Of a stretch of DNA of 64,000 nucleotides, positions 25,678 through 38,480 are shown in pieces (the first letter of the stretch is position 1; each line of letters starts with the position of its first letter). This DNA is from Azolla caroliniana. Lineage: Eukaryota; Plantae; Polypodiophyta. The DNA lies in the NCBI GenBank assembly GCA_043228905.1, contig JBHGNT010000010.1, positions 18,724,001-18,788,000 on the forward strand, read 5' to 3'. Below the pieces are notes generated by a model. That model ran no database searches. It had not been told where the DNA came from and saw only the letters and a program-made list of their open reading frames with translations. The translations under genes and the position numbers were made by a program.

Positions 25678-26536
25678 CGCAAAGTAACTTAATCATTTTA
25701 CCATAATCATGAATACGCTTAATTTTGGCAACATAATTGGTAAGTTGACCATCGTCGACATCACTTGTTTTCTCGTGCTAATGTCAGTCGATGTGATTGG
25801 ACTTGCTGCAACACCAATGTTATGGTTTGTGTTTGCCAACTTGCTTTGTGATTCATGTATTGTGAACCTTAACCAACACAAAAACGTTCTATTACTTATA
25901 GCTATTACATATCTAACGTTGTAAGTTTTTACAATGACTTTGTTTGATTAAAGTTGCTCATTTTAAAACCTAATGATTTTGTTATTCGCAAGTGATTACC
26001 AAATGGCAAATATGCACGTTATCCAAGTGACGAGCATCCTTTGATGTTTGGTGGTGACCATGTGTAGGTATGGGGATACCACAAAAATAAGTGATAAGCT
26101 TGGCAATCTATGATGAACTCTCATACTTTTTCTTCTTGTTGATTATAATACAATTTCCTTAAATCCTATTTTCCTTTCCTGATTCTCCATTGTTTATTGC
26201 TTCGATCTTGATTGAGTTCTAATACGATAAAGGAATGACTAGAAGGAATATATCAACACTGTGCTTGTGCTTGTGAATATTAGCATTGCTTAAGTGTGTT
26301 ACGAGTAAGAAAAAAGGAATGTCCCGAGGTAAGGATATGAACTCAACAAGAAAAAACGACAACAAGAAGTGATGTCTAGAGTATGGATTCCATTACCATG
26401 GATATGACGAGGCTTGCAAATGTTATATTTTACATCAGACGCAACATCCAGGAGCGATTTATAAAATAAATGAGCGAGGTACCTTCAATCAATAATTGTG
26501 TTGCGTATATATCGTGGGCTTGTTAGGGCATTCACT
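25678..26536. repeat. ~860-bp direct repeat, copy 2
   Basis: Second copy of 23474-24333. Confidence 0.95.
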
Positions 26537-27146
26537 TCTAATAATTAATATTTTGATTCAACTTGGGCTTCTTTAATATACCAAATCAATATCTTTGTTT
26601 AAGAAATTCTTAACGATGCTTAAAACGGATTTTATGATGCATAAGCCAAGGTTTTTGTGTCATGCTTTAATGTATATTATTTTATTGTGCATTTCCATTA
26701 TATTCGATGCTTGAGTTCGTAAGCCAAGTCGAAGAGGAAACCCCATTAATTCCATTGAGTAAGACTCTGAAGTAACATTAACAACAATGAACACTTTGAT
26801 GAGGTTCAATTATACTAACTAAAATTATTCTTGTTGCGACGAATTCATTGAAAATGCTTTCAAAATGCAAGTTGTGGATTTATGAAAATGGCAATGGTAA
26901 ACCTTGTGCTTCGTATGTATTAGTTTCTGCGTATGTATATGAAATGGTTCTTTGCAAGATAGTTATTGCACTAATTTGATAGTTGAACTACCCAAAATCT
27001 AATACTGAGAAGCTGAAATAACGTTCATCCTCAAGACTTTATTACTAGCGAAACGACTCAAAATGATTAGGCAAGCGGGCTCGAGTATTGGTATTCAACA
27101 CACCTTCAAGAAAATTTAGGGGAAAAAATATGAGAAGACGATAATT

Positions 27147-27345
27147 TAGGAGTTGGCAACGGTTCGGCTCAAGCCGGAAGCGAACCATGAAGTCGTTATT
27201 TAACGGTTCGGCGGGTCGGTTCGGGTTAGGCTTGAGCTTCCTTAACCGGTTTGACGTCGGTTTGGGATGGCTCAAGCCAAATTGAATTGTTTTGGGCTAA
27301 ACTGGGTTCCAAACCGGGTAAGGCTAATCGTTTTGGCGAAACCGG
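27147..27345. mobile_element. hAT-like MITE (family A), 3'-truncated, in the NUP62 promoter
   Basis: TAGGAGTTGGCAACGGTTCGGCTCAAGCC...aggcttgagcttccttaaccggtttga...gatggctcaagc aligns with 16868-17106. The right TIR was not found. Confidence 0.75.
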
Positions 27346-27482
27346 ATGGAGAAGAAGGGTATGGGAAGGAAAATAAATAGACCCCTCGGAAGGGTATCGG
27401 CGGAATTTCGATAAACCCTGCGTTCTGCAGAAGATTTCGAACCAAACCCAACGGCGAAGCAGAAGACGCAGAAGAAGCAGCC

Positions 27483-30400
27483 ATGGCGACGGGCTTCAGC
27501 TTCGGAGGAACAGGAGCTTCTTCTTCTTCTTCTTCTTCTTCTTCTTCTTCCTCTGCATTTTCGTTCGGAAGCAGCAGTCCCTTTGGCTTCGGAGCAACAA
27601 CAGGATCATTATCATCTTCTTCTGCTTCCTCCTCCTTCCCTTCCTTCACAACAACTCCTCCTCCTCCTGCTACTTCTCTGTTTGGAGCTCCATCTTCGTC
27701 CTCTGCAACTCCATCGCTGTTCGGAGCTCCATCTTCGTCCTCTCCAACGCCATCGCTGTTCGGAGCTCCCCCTTCTTCCTCTGCAACGCCATCGCTGTTC
27801 GGAACTCCCTCTTCTTCCTCTGCTACGCCATCGCTGTTCGGAGCCCCATCTTCTTCCTCTGCAACGCCATCGCTGTTCGGAGCCCCATCTTCCTCCTCTG
27901 CAACGCCATCGCTGTTCGGAGCTCCCTCTTCTTCCTCTGCAACGCCATCGCTGTTCGGAGCACCATCGTCTTTCTCTTCAACGCCATCGCTGTTCGGGAC
28001 TCCGTCCGGAGCTTCCGTTTTCGGAACACCTTCTAATTCCACACCTGCAACAACGGGGGGAGCTTCCCTTTTTGGAACACCTTCTGCTTCTCCTTTCGGG
28101 GGAACGCCATCATCTGCTTCAGGATCTGCTTCATTGTTTAATGGAAGCAATGCAATGGGTTTTGCTGGAAACACATCATCATCCACAACATCATCTTTCC
28201 CTGTTTCCTCTTCCTCTTCCTCTTCTTCATCAGCGTTTGGTGGATTAAGCTTTAATGCTGCCTCTCAACAGCAGGCTAACACTTCTCCATTTGGATCGTT
28301 TGGACAGACATCGTCAGCCACACCACCTCCTTCATTCCCTTCATCTGTAGGAGCTTCTGCACCCGCCCAATTCGGGAGCTCTTCTTCAACGCCTTCCATG
28401 TTTGGAAGCTCTTCAGCGCCTGTTAATACATCATCTACTATGTTTGGCACGGGTAGCACAGGGGGTTTGTTTGCTTCAGCTTCCACACCCGCATCACTAA
28501 CAACCAGCAACCCTGCAACCAGTGGATCCATGGCTACATCTTTCTCGTTCGGATCTAGCTTTGGATCAACTGCGCCAGCCAGTTCATCTGCGGCGTCTCT
28601 TTTTGGGGCTGGTAAACCTCTCTTCACAGGGTTTACACCACCACCACCACCACCATCATCATCATCATTAGCAACAGCAACACCATTACCATCAGCAACA
28701 TCTACACCTACACCTACATCAATATCCTCTCAATTTGGAGTCTCCTCAGCAGCAGCAGCAACACCAGCACCCGCACTATTTCAACCATCATCATCATCAT
28801 CATCTTCATCTTCATCAACGACAACAACGTTTGCTTCTGTGCCTTCCACTATGAGCTCTACCACATCCATACAAACATCGACAACCGGCGTTTCTTTCAC
28901 TTTCCCTCCATCAGCAAGCACAGTATCGTCGTCGTCGTCATCATCGATATCGTCTGCTTTCTCGTTCGTGTCACCTGTAACTGGAATTCCTCCTGCAACA
29001 GCAGCTTCTTCTAGTGCATCTTCAGCTCCTTCCTCATTTATTTCATCCACTGCTATACCTGCAACCACTCCCATAACCACACCTTCAACAACTGCCCTGT
29101 CAACATCTTCCTCATTCAGTTTCCAATCTGCAACTGGAACCAAACCACTGGCGACAACATCAGCCATGACACCAACAGCTAGTAAGATGAACTTTTAGTA
29201 TAATACTTTGTAAATTTATCAGTTTTACGTATGGTGACTTTATAGAAGTTTTATGCATTGCTCATTTAAAATAAAAACTGTGCAAAACTTGTAAAAACCA
29301 TTCTAGTTTTGTTTTAGCAAAAAATAAAGGTGAGAGTTTTGATGTTCATTTTATGCACAGCTCAAACTTGAGAGTAAATTATGTTTTTCAATCGCCTATA
29401 ATTTGTTTATGGTTCATTATGAGGAAAAATGAATTTTATTTTTAGTTCACATCCTTATGAGATGATAAATTCTATTGTAACCTTTCGAGATACTGAAGGA
29501 CACATACCAAAATATTCCCCGAGTAAAGTGTGGTATTTTCGTCCTGAGTACTCTATGCTTTGTGACTTTCTCAAGAGCATGCTCACATCTCCAACGATCT
29601 AAATACTCCTGGGGTAGAATCAATACTGCACATGAAGGTGCATAAGTTTTCTCATTGTGGATGTTAACTACAAAGAAAGGGTGATTATAGATTCTAGAAA
29701 TGAAGTCTATGCTGGAGTAATGTGGTCTTTTGATTGTTGTTCGTGTGACTTTGCATCATGTACATGCTTATATCCCCAATGATCCGATCGTACCCCTGTG
29801 ATAGGATCAACACTGCATATGAAGGGTCCTTAGTTTTTGCATTCTGGATACTCCTTGCATAAAATGTGGCCTTTTGATCCATGTATTGGTGATTTGTGAG
29901 CACCTCCAGGAATAGGATCAATACTGCAGATGAAGGGGCCTTAGTTTTTGCATTCTGGATATTCCTTGCATAAAGTGTGGTCTTTTGATCCATGTATTTG
30001 TGACTCGTGAGCACCTCATTAACATGTTTACATCTCCCAGGAGCTGGGAGTATTCCTAGAATAGGGCCAACACTGCACATAGAAGATCCTTAACTTTTCC
30101 CGTTCTGGATTTTGACTATATGAGAGAAAGGGCAATTGTAGATTTTGTGCCTGATGAAAATGCTTACATCTCATATGATCTGATAATATTGAAAGAAAGA
30201 GTGATTGTAGATTTTAAAGACAAACTGCACTGCATTAGATTCTTGGAAAAATGTTGAACTTGGCTGAAGAATTGCGCTGACAGTTGAAAGGGGACATCAC
30301 TGACGACAACCAAATCTCACACAAAGAATCCCTGCAAACTTCGGCCTTGGTTGGTCCCACCACCATACACTGATTAAACCTGGATATGATTGAAGATGAA

Positions 30401-33400
30401 TTCCACAATATCAAATTTCTGGATGAGGGAATGTTAGTAACAAGTTAAAAATGCTCACTACTGAAAATACATGGATTCATATGCTGATAGTTTTGTTATA
30501 TAGCATGACTGTTCTGAAGGTGTTTATGTTTAAAATTTCTCAACATCATTTTTGAATGTTGCTGGTGCATCTTCTTCTGTAGAAGTAACCACTGCTTTGG
30601 GATCTTCATCGACATTGAGTTCCTCAACTTCAGGGTAGAGACTGCACTCTAAGTTATTTCAGTGCTATCAGTTCTTACAAGATTTTGTGAGCTAATTCAA
30701 TCTAGCATTTTCTATTAAAAAATTCCAGCACAACTACAGGATTAGTAACAAGCACTCCAAAATTGCCATCTCAAATAACAGGAAAAAATGTGGATGAGGT
30801 GGGAGTCATATTTCTTCAATATGTAAAGATTCAGTAATATCTCGAAGCAAATAACTTTGTGGCCTTTTTCATCAGATTATCAAGGATTGGACCAATGAGT
30901 TACAAGACCAAAGTATGAAATTTCGAAAGCAGGCTGAAGCTTTAAGTTCATGGGACCGTAGAATACTCAGCAACAGAAATGCTCTAATAAGGCTAGAGGT
31001 GTGCCTAGTTCCTTAATTTTGTACTCATTGAAACTTATTTCATAAGCTAGCTGTATAGACTGAAGTTGGTTCTCTCACTTAATCTGAGGTTTTGCATGCA
31101 TCTGGATATTTCACACATTTTAAATCTTCTCATGTCAAACATTGGGGATAGAGGACAGACCAGGCGACAACCCGATACTGATGACTGAGTTTATGGATTT
31201 AGAGCTTAACTTAATTATTATGATGCTCATTTACAGAGTGAGGTAGCGAAAGTAGTTGAGACACAGCATAGCCTTGAAAGGCAGCTCGAACTCATAGAGA
31301 CACACCAACAAGAGGTATGTTTGTTTTCTCATGACCATATTTTGAATAAAATGCATTTAGTGAGTGAGATAGTTTATTAAAAATTTAGTGGCACAGGGAT
31401 GGTTCACACAGGGGTTGAATGCTGATGCACCCCCATTCCATTATATACAGCCTTCCCTTTGGCTTCCTAATTAATGACCTCTAACAATAGCATAGAGTCT
31501 TTATGATAGAAAGTTAGTGCAATATCTCAAATGACCTATGCTGCACAGAGAAGTTTGGATCTTGAGATTATATGCTGTAAGTCAAATGGCTGCCAAGCAA
31601 TTGTTGGGATATCTACATTGTAGCAATTGTTGGGATATCTAAACCATCGGGTGTACTATACCACTGAATATTACCGTATATTGTACTTTGGTGGTTGAAT
31701 GACGGATCTAAAGAAGAGAGCTCAGCCTCACCAATAGAGTCTCGACAGCATCTGAAGATGCTGTAATGAAGGGAGTAGCTTCTCCCCTTTATTTAGCTCA
31801 ACACTGAAGGCTCCCAGACCACCACGTGTCATAGGTCCTTATGGGTTTGTCCCAGCTCCTAGGATAACTGGTTTCCCAACTATCTGACCTAATATTAACC
31901 CATAAAATTAGCTATAGAATTGGTCTGTAACGTTATGCCTACAACAGCTATGATGCATAGGACCTCAGCATAGTGCTCGTTTTCTAAGACACTCTTTATC
32001 CGGCTTGTACACAATTTGTGCACTTATTGGAACCTTTGAGATGCCACTGCTTTTGCCTCTGATAATTGCTGAAATGCGTTGGTTAAAGATGCTTCTTGAT
32101 TTGGGCTGAAATTGACTGTCCAAAGCATGCTTGTATATGGTGCAAACTTGGTTGGGCCATAAAGGATTGTCCAAAATAGCTGATGTATACAAGAATTAGA
32201 TTATACAACGATGGCATGAATAGCTGAATCTGCCTGGGTATCTGAGTTGTTTTGAGGCTCCTGTACACTATTGTGGCCGCATTGTACCGGATCTAATTGA
32301 CAAAATTATAAGTATGTTATCTTCCTTAAAGTTATAGGTCACACTCATTTGTCAACAAACAAATAATGAGGGGAGGACATCTAAAATTGGCCTCAAAATA
32401 GTGAACAATACTAATTTCAAAAGAAGTTCAGAAGAATCTGGGTTTATAAAAACATAATTAGTGGAGAATCGAAGCAAAGATAATAAGTTTGTATTTCTGC
32501 ACATATTAAGAAGTATGACAGAACCCAAACCTGATTGCCATGCTAGAAGTTGAAGAAATGACATCAATTAAAAAAATCTTTTACAGGTTGAGAAAGCACT
32601 TGAAAGTGTTGAAGAGGAAGCAACTCAGTTTTATAAAGAGGAACGTGGAAATGTTATAGAAGATGAGCCATCTGCTGTGAGAGACATGATGTATGTTTTT
32701 CTCATAATAATTTCTCTGTTGCATAGTTGCACTGTATCTTTCTTTTGGTGGCCATGAGTGTACCACTATGAAATATCTATTAGGCTAATGACTGTAGGCT
32801 TTTGAAGTTCTCTCACAGTGAAAGAGTTGGCGTGCTAATGTATATAGTTTCGAAATTCTCTAATAATGAGAGACTGTCTCCCTAATGAAGGTTAATTTTA
32901 AGATTGTGTGGGCCCCGTACATGGCCATTTGCAACTGTTTACTCCGTGGAAAGAAAGTAAGGATCTTCTTGAAACGTTTCCAGTGCATGTTCTGTGAATG
33001 ATGATTTCGAAATTTAAAATCACAATTTTTGATGTATCATATATGTCTACTACAAATGGCAAGGAGTGATAAGTTATGTATAATGTCACTTACATGGATT
33101 TTCTAGCCATAATGTTTTCCGCTCAGATTATAACCCGGAGTCTGTCCAGGTGCATGTTCTGTGAATGATGATTTCGAAAATTAAAATCAGAACTTTTGAT
33201 GTATCATATATGTCTACTACAATTGGCAAGGAGTGATATGTTATGTATAATATCACTCGCATGAATTTTCTAGCCATAATGTTTTCCGCTCAGATTATAA
33301 CCCTGAGTCTGTCCAGGCTCCATTAAGTATTTATCTTAAATAAACATTCTGCATCCTGCAGATTTAGCTTTGATGTCAAAAGAGGAATTGATCCTGAATG

Positions 33401-35461
33401 ATAAAATTTTAAGCTTTAAATGCTTCAGGACTTCACGTTTTTGTCATTATAACTTTATTATAACAATAATGAAATCTCTCTGCAAATTTACAGTAAGTTG
33501 AACTGTGGCAAGGTAAGCAATTTACCATTTTTTCTTCAAATGCACATTGTGGAACATTCTTATATGAATGAATTTTTTTTATAGCATTTTGATAGTCTTT
33601 GTATAACTTTTATTTTCGTCCAGAAAAGAATATCTGTTTCATTTGATAAGCCTAAGTCTAGTCGCTAGCTAGGACTAATAATTCTTTGATAGTTTTCTAA
33701 CTTGTTAAGGTGGTTACACAGGTTCGAACAGAGTGAGCATCTTGAGAGAGAATTGGAACAAATGGGAGAAAAAATCAGGGAGACAATTGAAAATATGAAC
33801 ATGAGTCAGGTGTGCATTTTTTATTATTTGAGTAATGTTGTCATTGATACCCCAAATGTACCTCATATATGTAAAGCGAATATTGCAATACTCTTGATTA
33901 TTTATATAATCCTGAGATTCTTTGGTGGATGAACGTGTGTTGGCTTTCTGAGAGTGGAATTTCAACATACCCAAGACTATTTATCTATAAACGTTCCTGC
34001 ATAGGTAGTAGTCACAATTGTTTTGGAAATAAGCTTGAACTCCCTCCTAATTTCAGTATCTCTCATGAGATAAATTTCAAATTTTTGCATGCCTTAAAAA
34101 ATTTACTATTGTAGATATTTTTCAAGAATTAGCACGCATTTATGCATAAATTTACCATGCTCTATCTCGTAATGGGTTGTATCTTGTTGAACTGGATAAA
34201 TCATATCCCTCCTACACCTTCACTGCTTTTTTTCTTACGACCCATCTGGCCATTGTATGCAGATTATTCCATGAAGCTTCTGTATTTTTTCCCAGTTGTC
34301 CTTGGCTGCCACCCTGTTGGATCTCTCCCCAACTTGTTTGGAAAACCAACATATGCTCTCTCATGCTAGACGTCCCAAATTAACAGTTTGTCTCGTATGA
34401 ACCAGTCTCGACAACACAAGGCTGAAAATTTTGCATTTCATAATTATTATTGTGAACACCCTTAACATTGATATCCCCATTTAAATATTATAACTTCGGT
34501 TTATCTCTGCACTTCAAATTCTAATTGTTTCATGCTATAGTAACATGTACTATCAGACCTGAGATTTGTCCAAGCAAACATGCAAGTTGAGCTTATCCAA
34601 TTCTAAACTCATTCAATTCCTTAATCATAGGTATACTGACATTATGAATCTATGAAAGAAATAACAATTGCATGAAAGTAGGTGCAGTCCTAAAACCATA
34701 TGTGTACATTATCGGGTCTCTATCATCAACTAATTAGATGAAAATTAGAGTTATATCCATATACTTGGTATGGGGACATATCCGGTTTGTTGTGTTTAAT
34801 GGTAGATGTCTTTATAACTTTATTTCTCTCTGATTTCAGTCATATCCAACAGTGGCAAATTGCTGAAAAAAATGCCCATAGATAGAATTAGGCAAAGGTA
34901 TAGCTTTGAACAACAAAAAGTTGAATTAATGAAATGCCTCATTTACCCATTGTATATATCCCATTCTCGTGTGGCCATGGATCGGTTTGTAGTTCTTTAG
35001 CCCTGCTACTTTAATACTAGTTTCAAGCTAAATTTCTGCTAAAATTGCTAACTGAAGAGTTGTACATTGGCATAAACTAACGCGTGTTTCTATTCATGGT
35101 TTCATGTGTCTTTTTGAATTAAAATTCTTTATGCAAATGCTGATTTACATCACTGTCACAGGTTGGGGAGCTCGGACTGGCAAATGGAAGTAGTCCCATT
35201 GACGTGGTAGTGCGGATCCTTAATAATCAGTTAAGCTCATTAGTTTGGATTGATGAGAAGGTAAATAAGATTTAGGGGAAGCTTGAATTAAAACTTCTAG
35301 AAGTCTCATGTCTACTACTGGTGGTTTGAGTTTTTGTTTGGCAAATTGTTATTTTCATTGTTTTGCAGGCAGAAGAACTTTCTTCAAGTATCCACAAATT
35401 GATGGATCATGGGGCCCAAACTGATAGTAGTTGGTCGTTGTCAAGGTTTCGTGGAGCTTAA
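27483..35461 (+). CDS. NUP62: Nuclear pore FG-nucleoporin NUP62 (Nsp1 family)
   Basis: Exons 27483-29181, 30583-30634, 30729-30798, 30876-30998, 31237-31314, 32587-32690, 33722-33809, 35162-35260 and 35369-35461 (GT-AG, in phase). An FG/Ser-Thr-rich N-terminus is followed by the Nsp1_C coiled coil PKLPSQITGKNVDEIIKDW...FRKQA...WDRRIL...EVAKVVETQHSLERQLELIETHQQEVEKAL...DVVVRILNNQLSSLVWIDEKAEE, collinear with Arabidopsis NUP62. Confidence 0.95.
27670..28000 (+). repeat. Coding 39-bp tandem repeat (ATPSLFGAPSSSS x ~8) in NUP62 exon 1
   Basis: gcaacgccatcgctgttcggagc(t/c)cc..cttcttcctct is repeated with a 39-bp period. Confidence 0.93.
29510..30200. repeat. Degenerate intronic tandem repeat (core period ~110 bp) in NUP62 intron 1
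   Basis: ataggatcaa(c/t)actgca.atgaaggg.ccttagtttttgcattctggata at 29801 and 29912, with diverged copies at ~29615 and ~30061. Confidence 0.75.
31645..31900. repeat. Dispersed repeat (old non-autonomous TE fragment) in NUP62 intron 5
   Basis: Aligns by eye with 46497-46745 (ttggt.g...aagaagagag...aatagag...aagatg.t.taatgaa...gaccaccac...tcctt.tgggtttgtccca). Confidence 0.55.
32981..33317. repeat. Tandem duplication of ~169 bp in NUP62 intron 6
   Basis: gtgcatgttctgtgaatgatgatttcgaaa...gagtctgtccagg occurs twice, head to tail. Confidence 0.9.
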
Positions 35462-36210
35462 CATGTCTTCATTCAATTGAGACTTTCGATGCAAGTGGAC
35501 TAAATAATTCTGTATGTTGGAAAGCAGAGCAGCAAGCAAAAGGTTTTATTGGTCAGTGCTTTTTGTCATTGAAGAACTAGACTAGATTGACCTGGAATGC
35601 TTGTGTCTATTTGCAACCGAATATTAGTTAGGGGTAGCAAGGTGATCTGTGCAATGGACAGTCTAGAGCATGCTTCGGGGTTCTGCTATATAGAAATTTG
35701 AAGATTTTTTAATCAACCTCTTTAGTTCGATAAAATTCATATGAACTCCTCGCTGTAGCTAGAAAAGAGCCCCTGGTGTCTTTTATTTATATAAAAATAT
35801 GATGATATTTTCTGCAATAATTGCTGAGTTATTACTTACATTCAAATTTATGTTCTTAATGGTTGTGCCCAAGGCCCCCTCTATGCTTGCCTCACAAAAC
35901 TCGAGGGGACATCAATAATTTCATGCTGCTGGCAGTATTTACAAACTAGTGTGGCATGGATACACACGGTCTATACTTGGTTGAATCATAAATAAATGGA
36001 AAATATAATAAATCATTAGTCGAAAGCCCGGACATGTGAAAAGATTGGCTTAACAGACAGGCAAAAAACAAAATTAATGGATTTTATATGATTTACTCAT
36101 TGGAAAAATTTGTCAGTTACATGTGAGGGCCAATACAGTAGATGGTGTATGTTGTGCTGAAGAGGTTTTGTAATATTTGCCCGTAATATTATTAATGTCA
36201 TGGTAGAAGA

Positions 36211-36452
36211 CAACTTTAATTCTTTAAACCAATGCTGCTAATGACTAATTCAATTAGGGTATGAACTTCTTGGACACCATACTTGTGGTTATCCATTTTG
36301 AATTTTAAGGAATATTGGCTCTGAAACTACATACATTTACAGCTTAGTGGCATGAAATGTTCAACAACTTTAATTCTTTAAACCAACGCTGCCAATGACT
36401 AATTCAATTAGAGTATGAACTTCTTGGACACCCTACTTGTGGTTACCCATTT
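36211..36452. repeat. Local ~90-bp duplication, offset ~155 bp
   Basis: caactttaattctttaaaccaa.gctgc.aatgactaattcaattag.gtatgaacttcttggacacc at 36211 and ~36366. Confidence 0.8.
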
Positions 36453-38039
36453 ATGGGCCTTAAAAACAAACATTCATCTATGGTCTTTACGGAAGTGCAA
36501 TAAAGTTATATATGCCATTGTCAAATTGGAACTCAAATCTTGCTTGAATTGATCAAGATCCATTCCATTGTACCAATAAGAACAAAGTTTGCATATATAA
36601 CATGAGGATTATTATTGGCTTACTTTCCCTCTTTACATAGAAGGATGCATCCATTGGCCACATTCTATTATTATTGTTTTTATTTTGGCCACATTTTCTA
36701 TGATAAATTTGTTGATTTGTTTATATAAGACTTTTTGTGGTAGCTTTAGCATGTATATAGTTACTTGCAACCTGAAGACCTTTCCTTCTTAATTCAGCAG
36801 GTCAAAGCTTGATGGTTGTTCAACAAATAGCTTCTCCTTGAAATATCTAATTGATGTATTTGGGTGTACATCATAAAACACCTTTAAGAACAACCTCAAT
36901 AGTTTGAGCAAATGATTCTTGAAAATCCTCTCACTCTTCGTTTTGCATTTACATCATGGGAAAAATTATTGTTTACTAAATCTCGTGAAAATTCAAGCTT
37001 GGCAAATGTATTTCCAATTGCCCATATTTGAAAAAGTTCACTTTTTGTGATCGTGTTAATAAATATTGGTTATGAGATAAGTCTTTTGTAAGTCATTTAC
37101 CGAAATTTACAACATTATGGGTTTTTTTGCCAAGGTTGCAATTTACCCAAGAAATGACCTAAGTCGGGTCTTTTGTTGCACCTTCATTTATATGTCGATA
37201 GCTAATCCCAACAATGATGAAGTTAAAGCTATAAAGAGTAACCTAAATCAACATTTTGTTAAATAGGACTTGAATGATGTTGTGCTTGATGACTTGAGTG
37301 ATGTTCAACATATTCTTGGCATAGGACTACGACAACATGAATATGCCAATAAAGTCCAACAAATGTCCATGTTGGAAGGGCATCTCCAATGCTTGTGGGT
37401 TGCAAATGTGGATTTGGAATACCTAGAGAAACATTTTTCTAGATATTCCTAATACAAAATTATGGCCCTCTCAACCATTGAAGGAGATTATTGTTTGTAA
37501 CTAAGGGGCTCCAAAACAAAACAATATGGCTTATCTGATTTTTGGATATTTTTAAGGACCCCAAGATTCCATTTTTGAGAACATCAATGAGAGTTTTATC
37601 TAATTAACTTGAAATCCCTTCTTTCACAAAAAAGGTCAACCATATTCAAGTGAAGTACCACATCATTTGATGGACAGTCAGGGTAACGAAGTAGAGCTTT
37701 CAACATATTGACTTAAGATAATCCAACCAATCTCGTCACCAAAAGGCTTCATTTGAGCACGTTGTCAATCTCCTTCACCTTATAGTGATAGATTAGGTCA
37801 TTCTTTGGCCTAACTTATGTATAGTGTTTATACAATGTTCTCTATTTGTTTTCTCATAAGCTCGTTCGACTTCAATTGGAAGGTTGTTGGAAGAAAGAAT
37901 TAAATTGCTAAAATTTGAGGTTATTTTCAAAAAGAAGCTACTTTCCTATTAGTTAGGAGAGATTATTAGAGAAAGACTATACAAGGTGGCTTATCCTTTC
38001 AAAATGACTGCTAAATGTAAGTAGGACCTATAGCTATAA

Positions 38040-38480
38040 ACTAGTGTCCTTCATCACCAGCAAATACGAGTCAGATCCTATGGCCTAGAGTGAAGGGAGG
38101 GTGGGAGGTGAGTAGGAAACAACTAGCGTGGGGGCTGGTATTTCCACCTCAGGCCGTTTCCTCCTTGCAGCACCATTGACATGTTCCGCCATTTCTGCCA
38201 GAAGCGCAAACAAGCATTGACCACGTCATTGGAATGACCACAATCCTCATCCAATTGCTCTCGTAGGCAGATGATAATCGTGAACCATATATCCATGATC
38301 AATTCCTCCGGGGAGCGTACTAGATCTTGGAAGACCTTTAGGCTGCGTGCTTTCCATACAGACCACATGGTGAAGCTTGTGATCAACATCCAAATCTCTC
38401 GAAACCGAGGGGATGCGGTCTTCAAGCCTCTCTCAAATCAAGTCTTGACAAGTTTACCTCTTGTCCATTTGAGACCGTAA
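38040..38480 (-). mobile_element. LINE 3'-terminal fragment
   Basis: EIWMLITSFTMWSVWKAR..KVFQ...IWFTII..LREQ...FWQKW...LRWKYQPPR*LFP is an ORF2 C-terminal signature shared with the other fragments. Confidence 0.65.

Noticed and set aside
27272-29167. Acidic minus-strand ORFs (304, 120 and 128 aa)
   Set aside because: These are antisense shadows of the Ser-rich, repetitive NUP62 exon 1.
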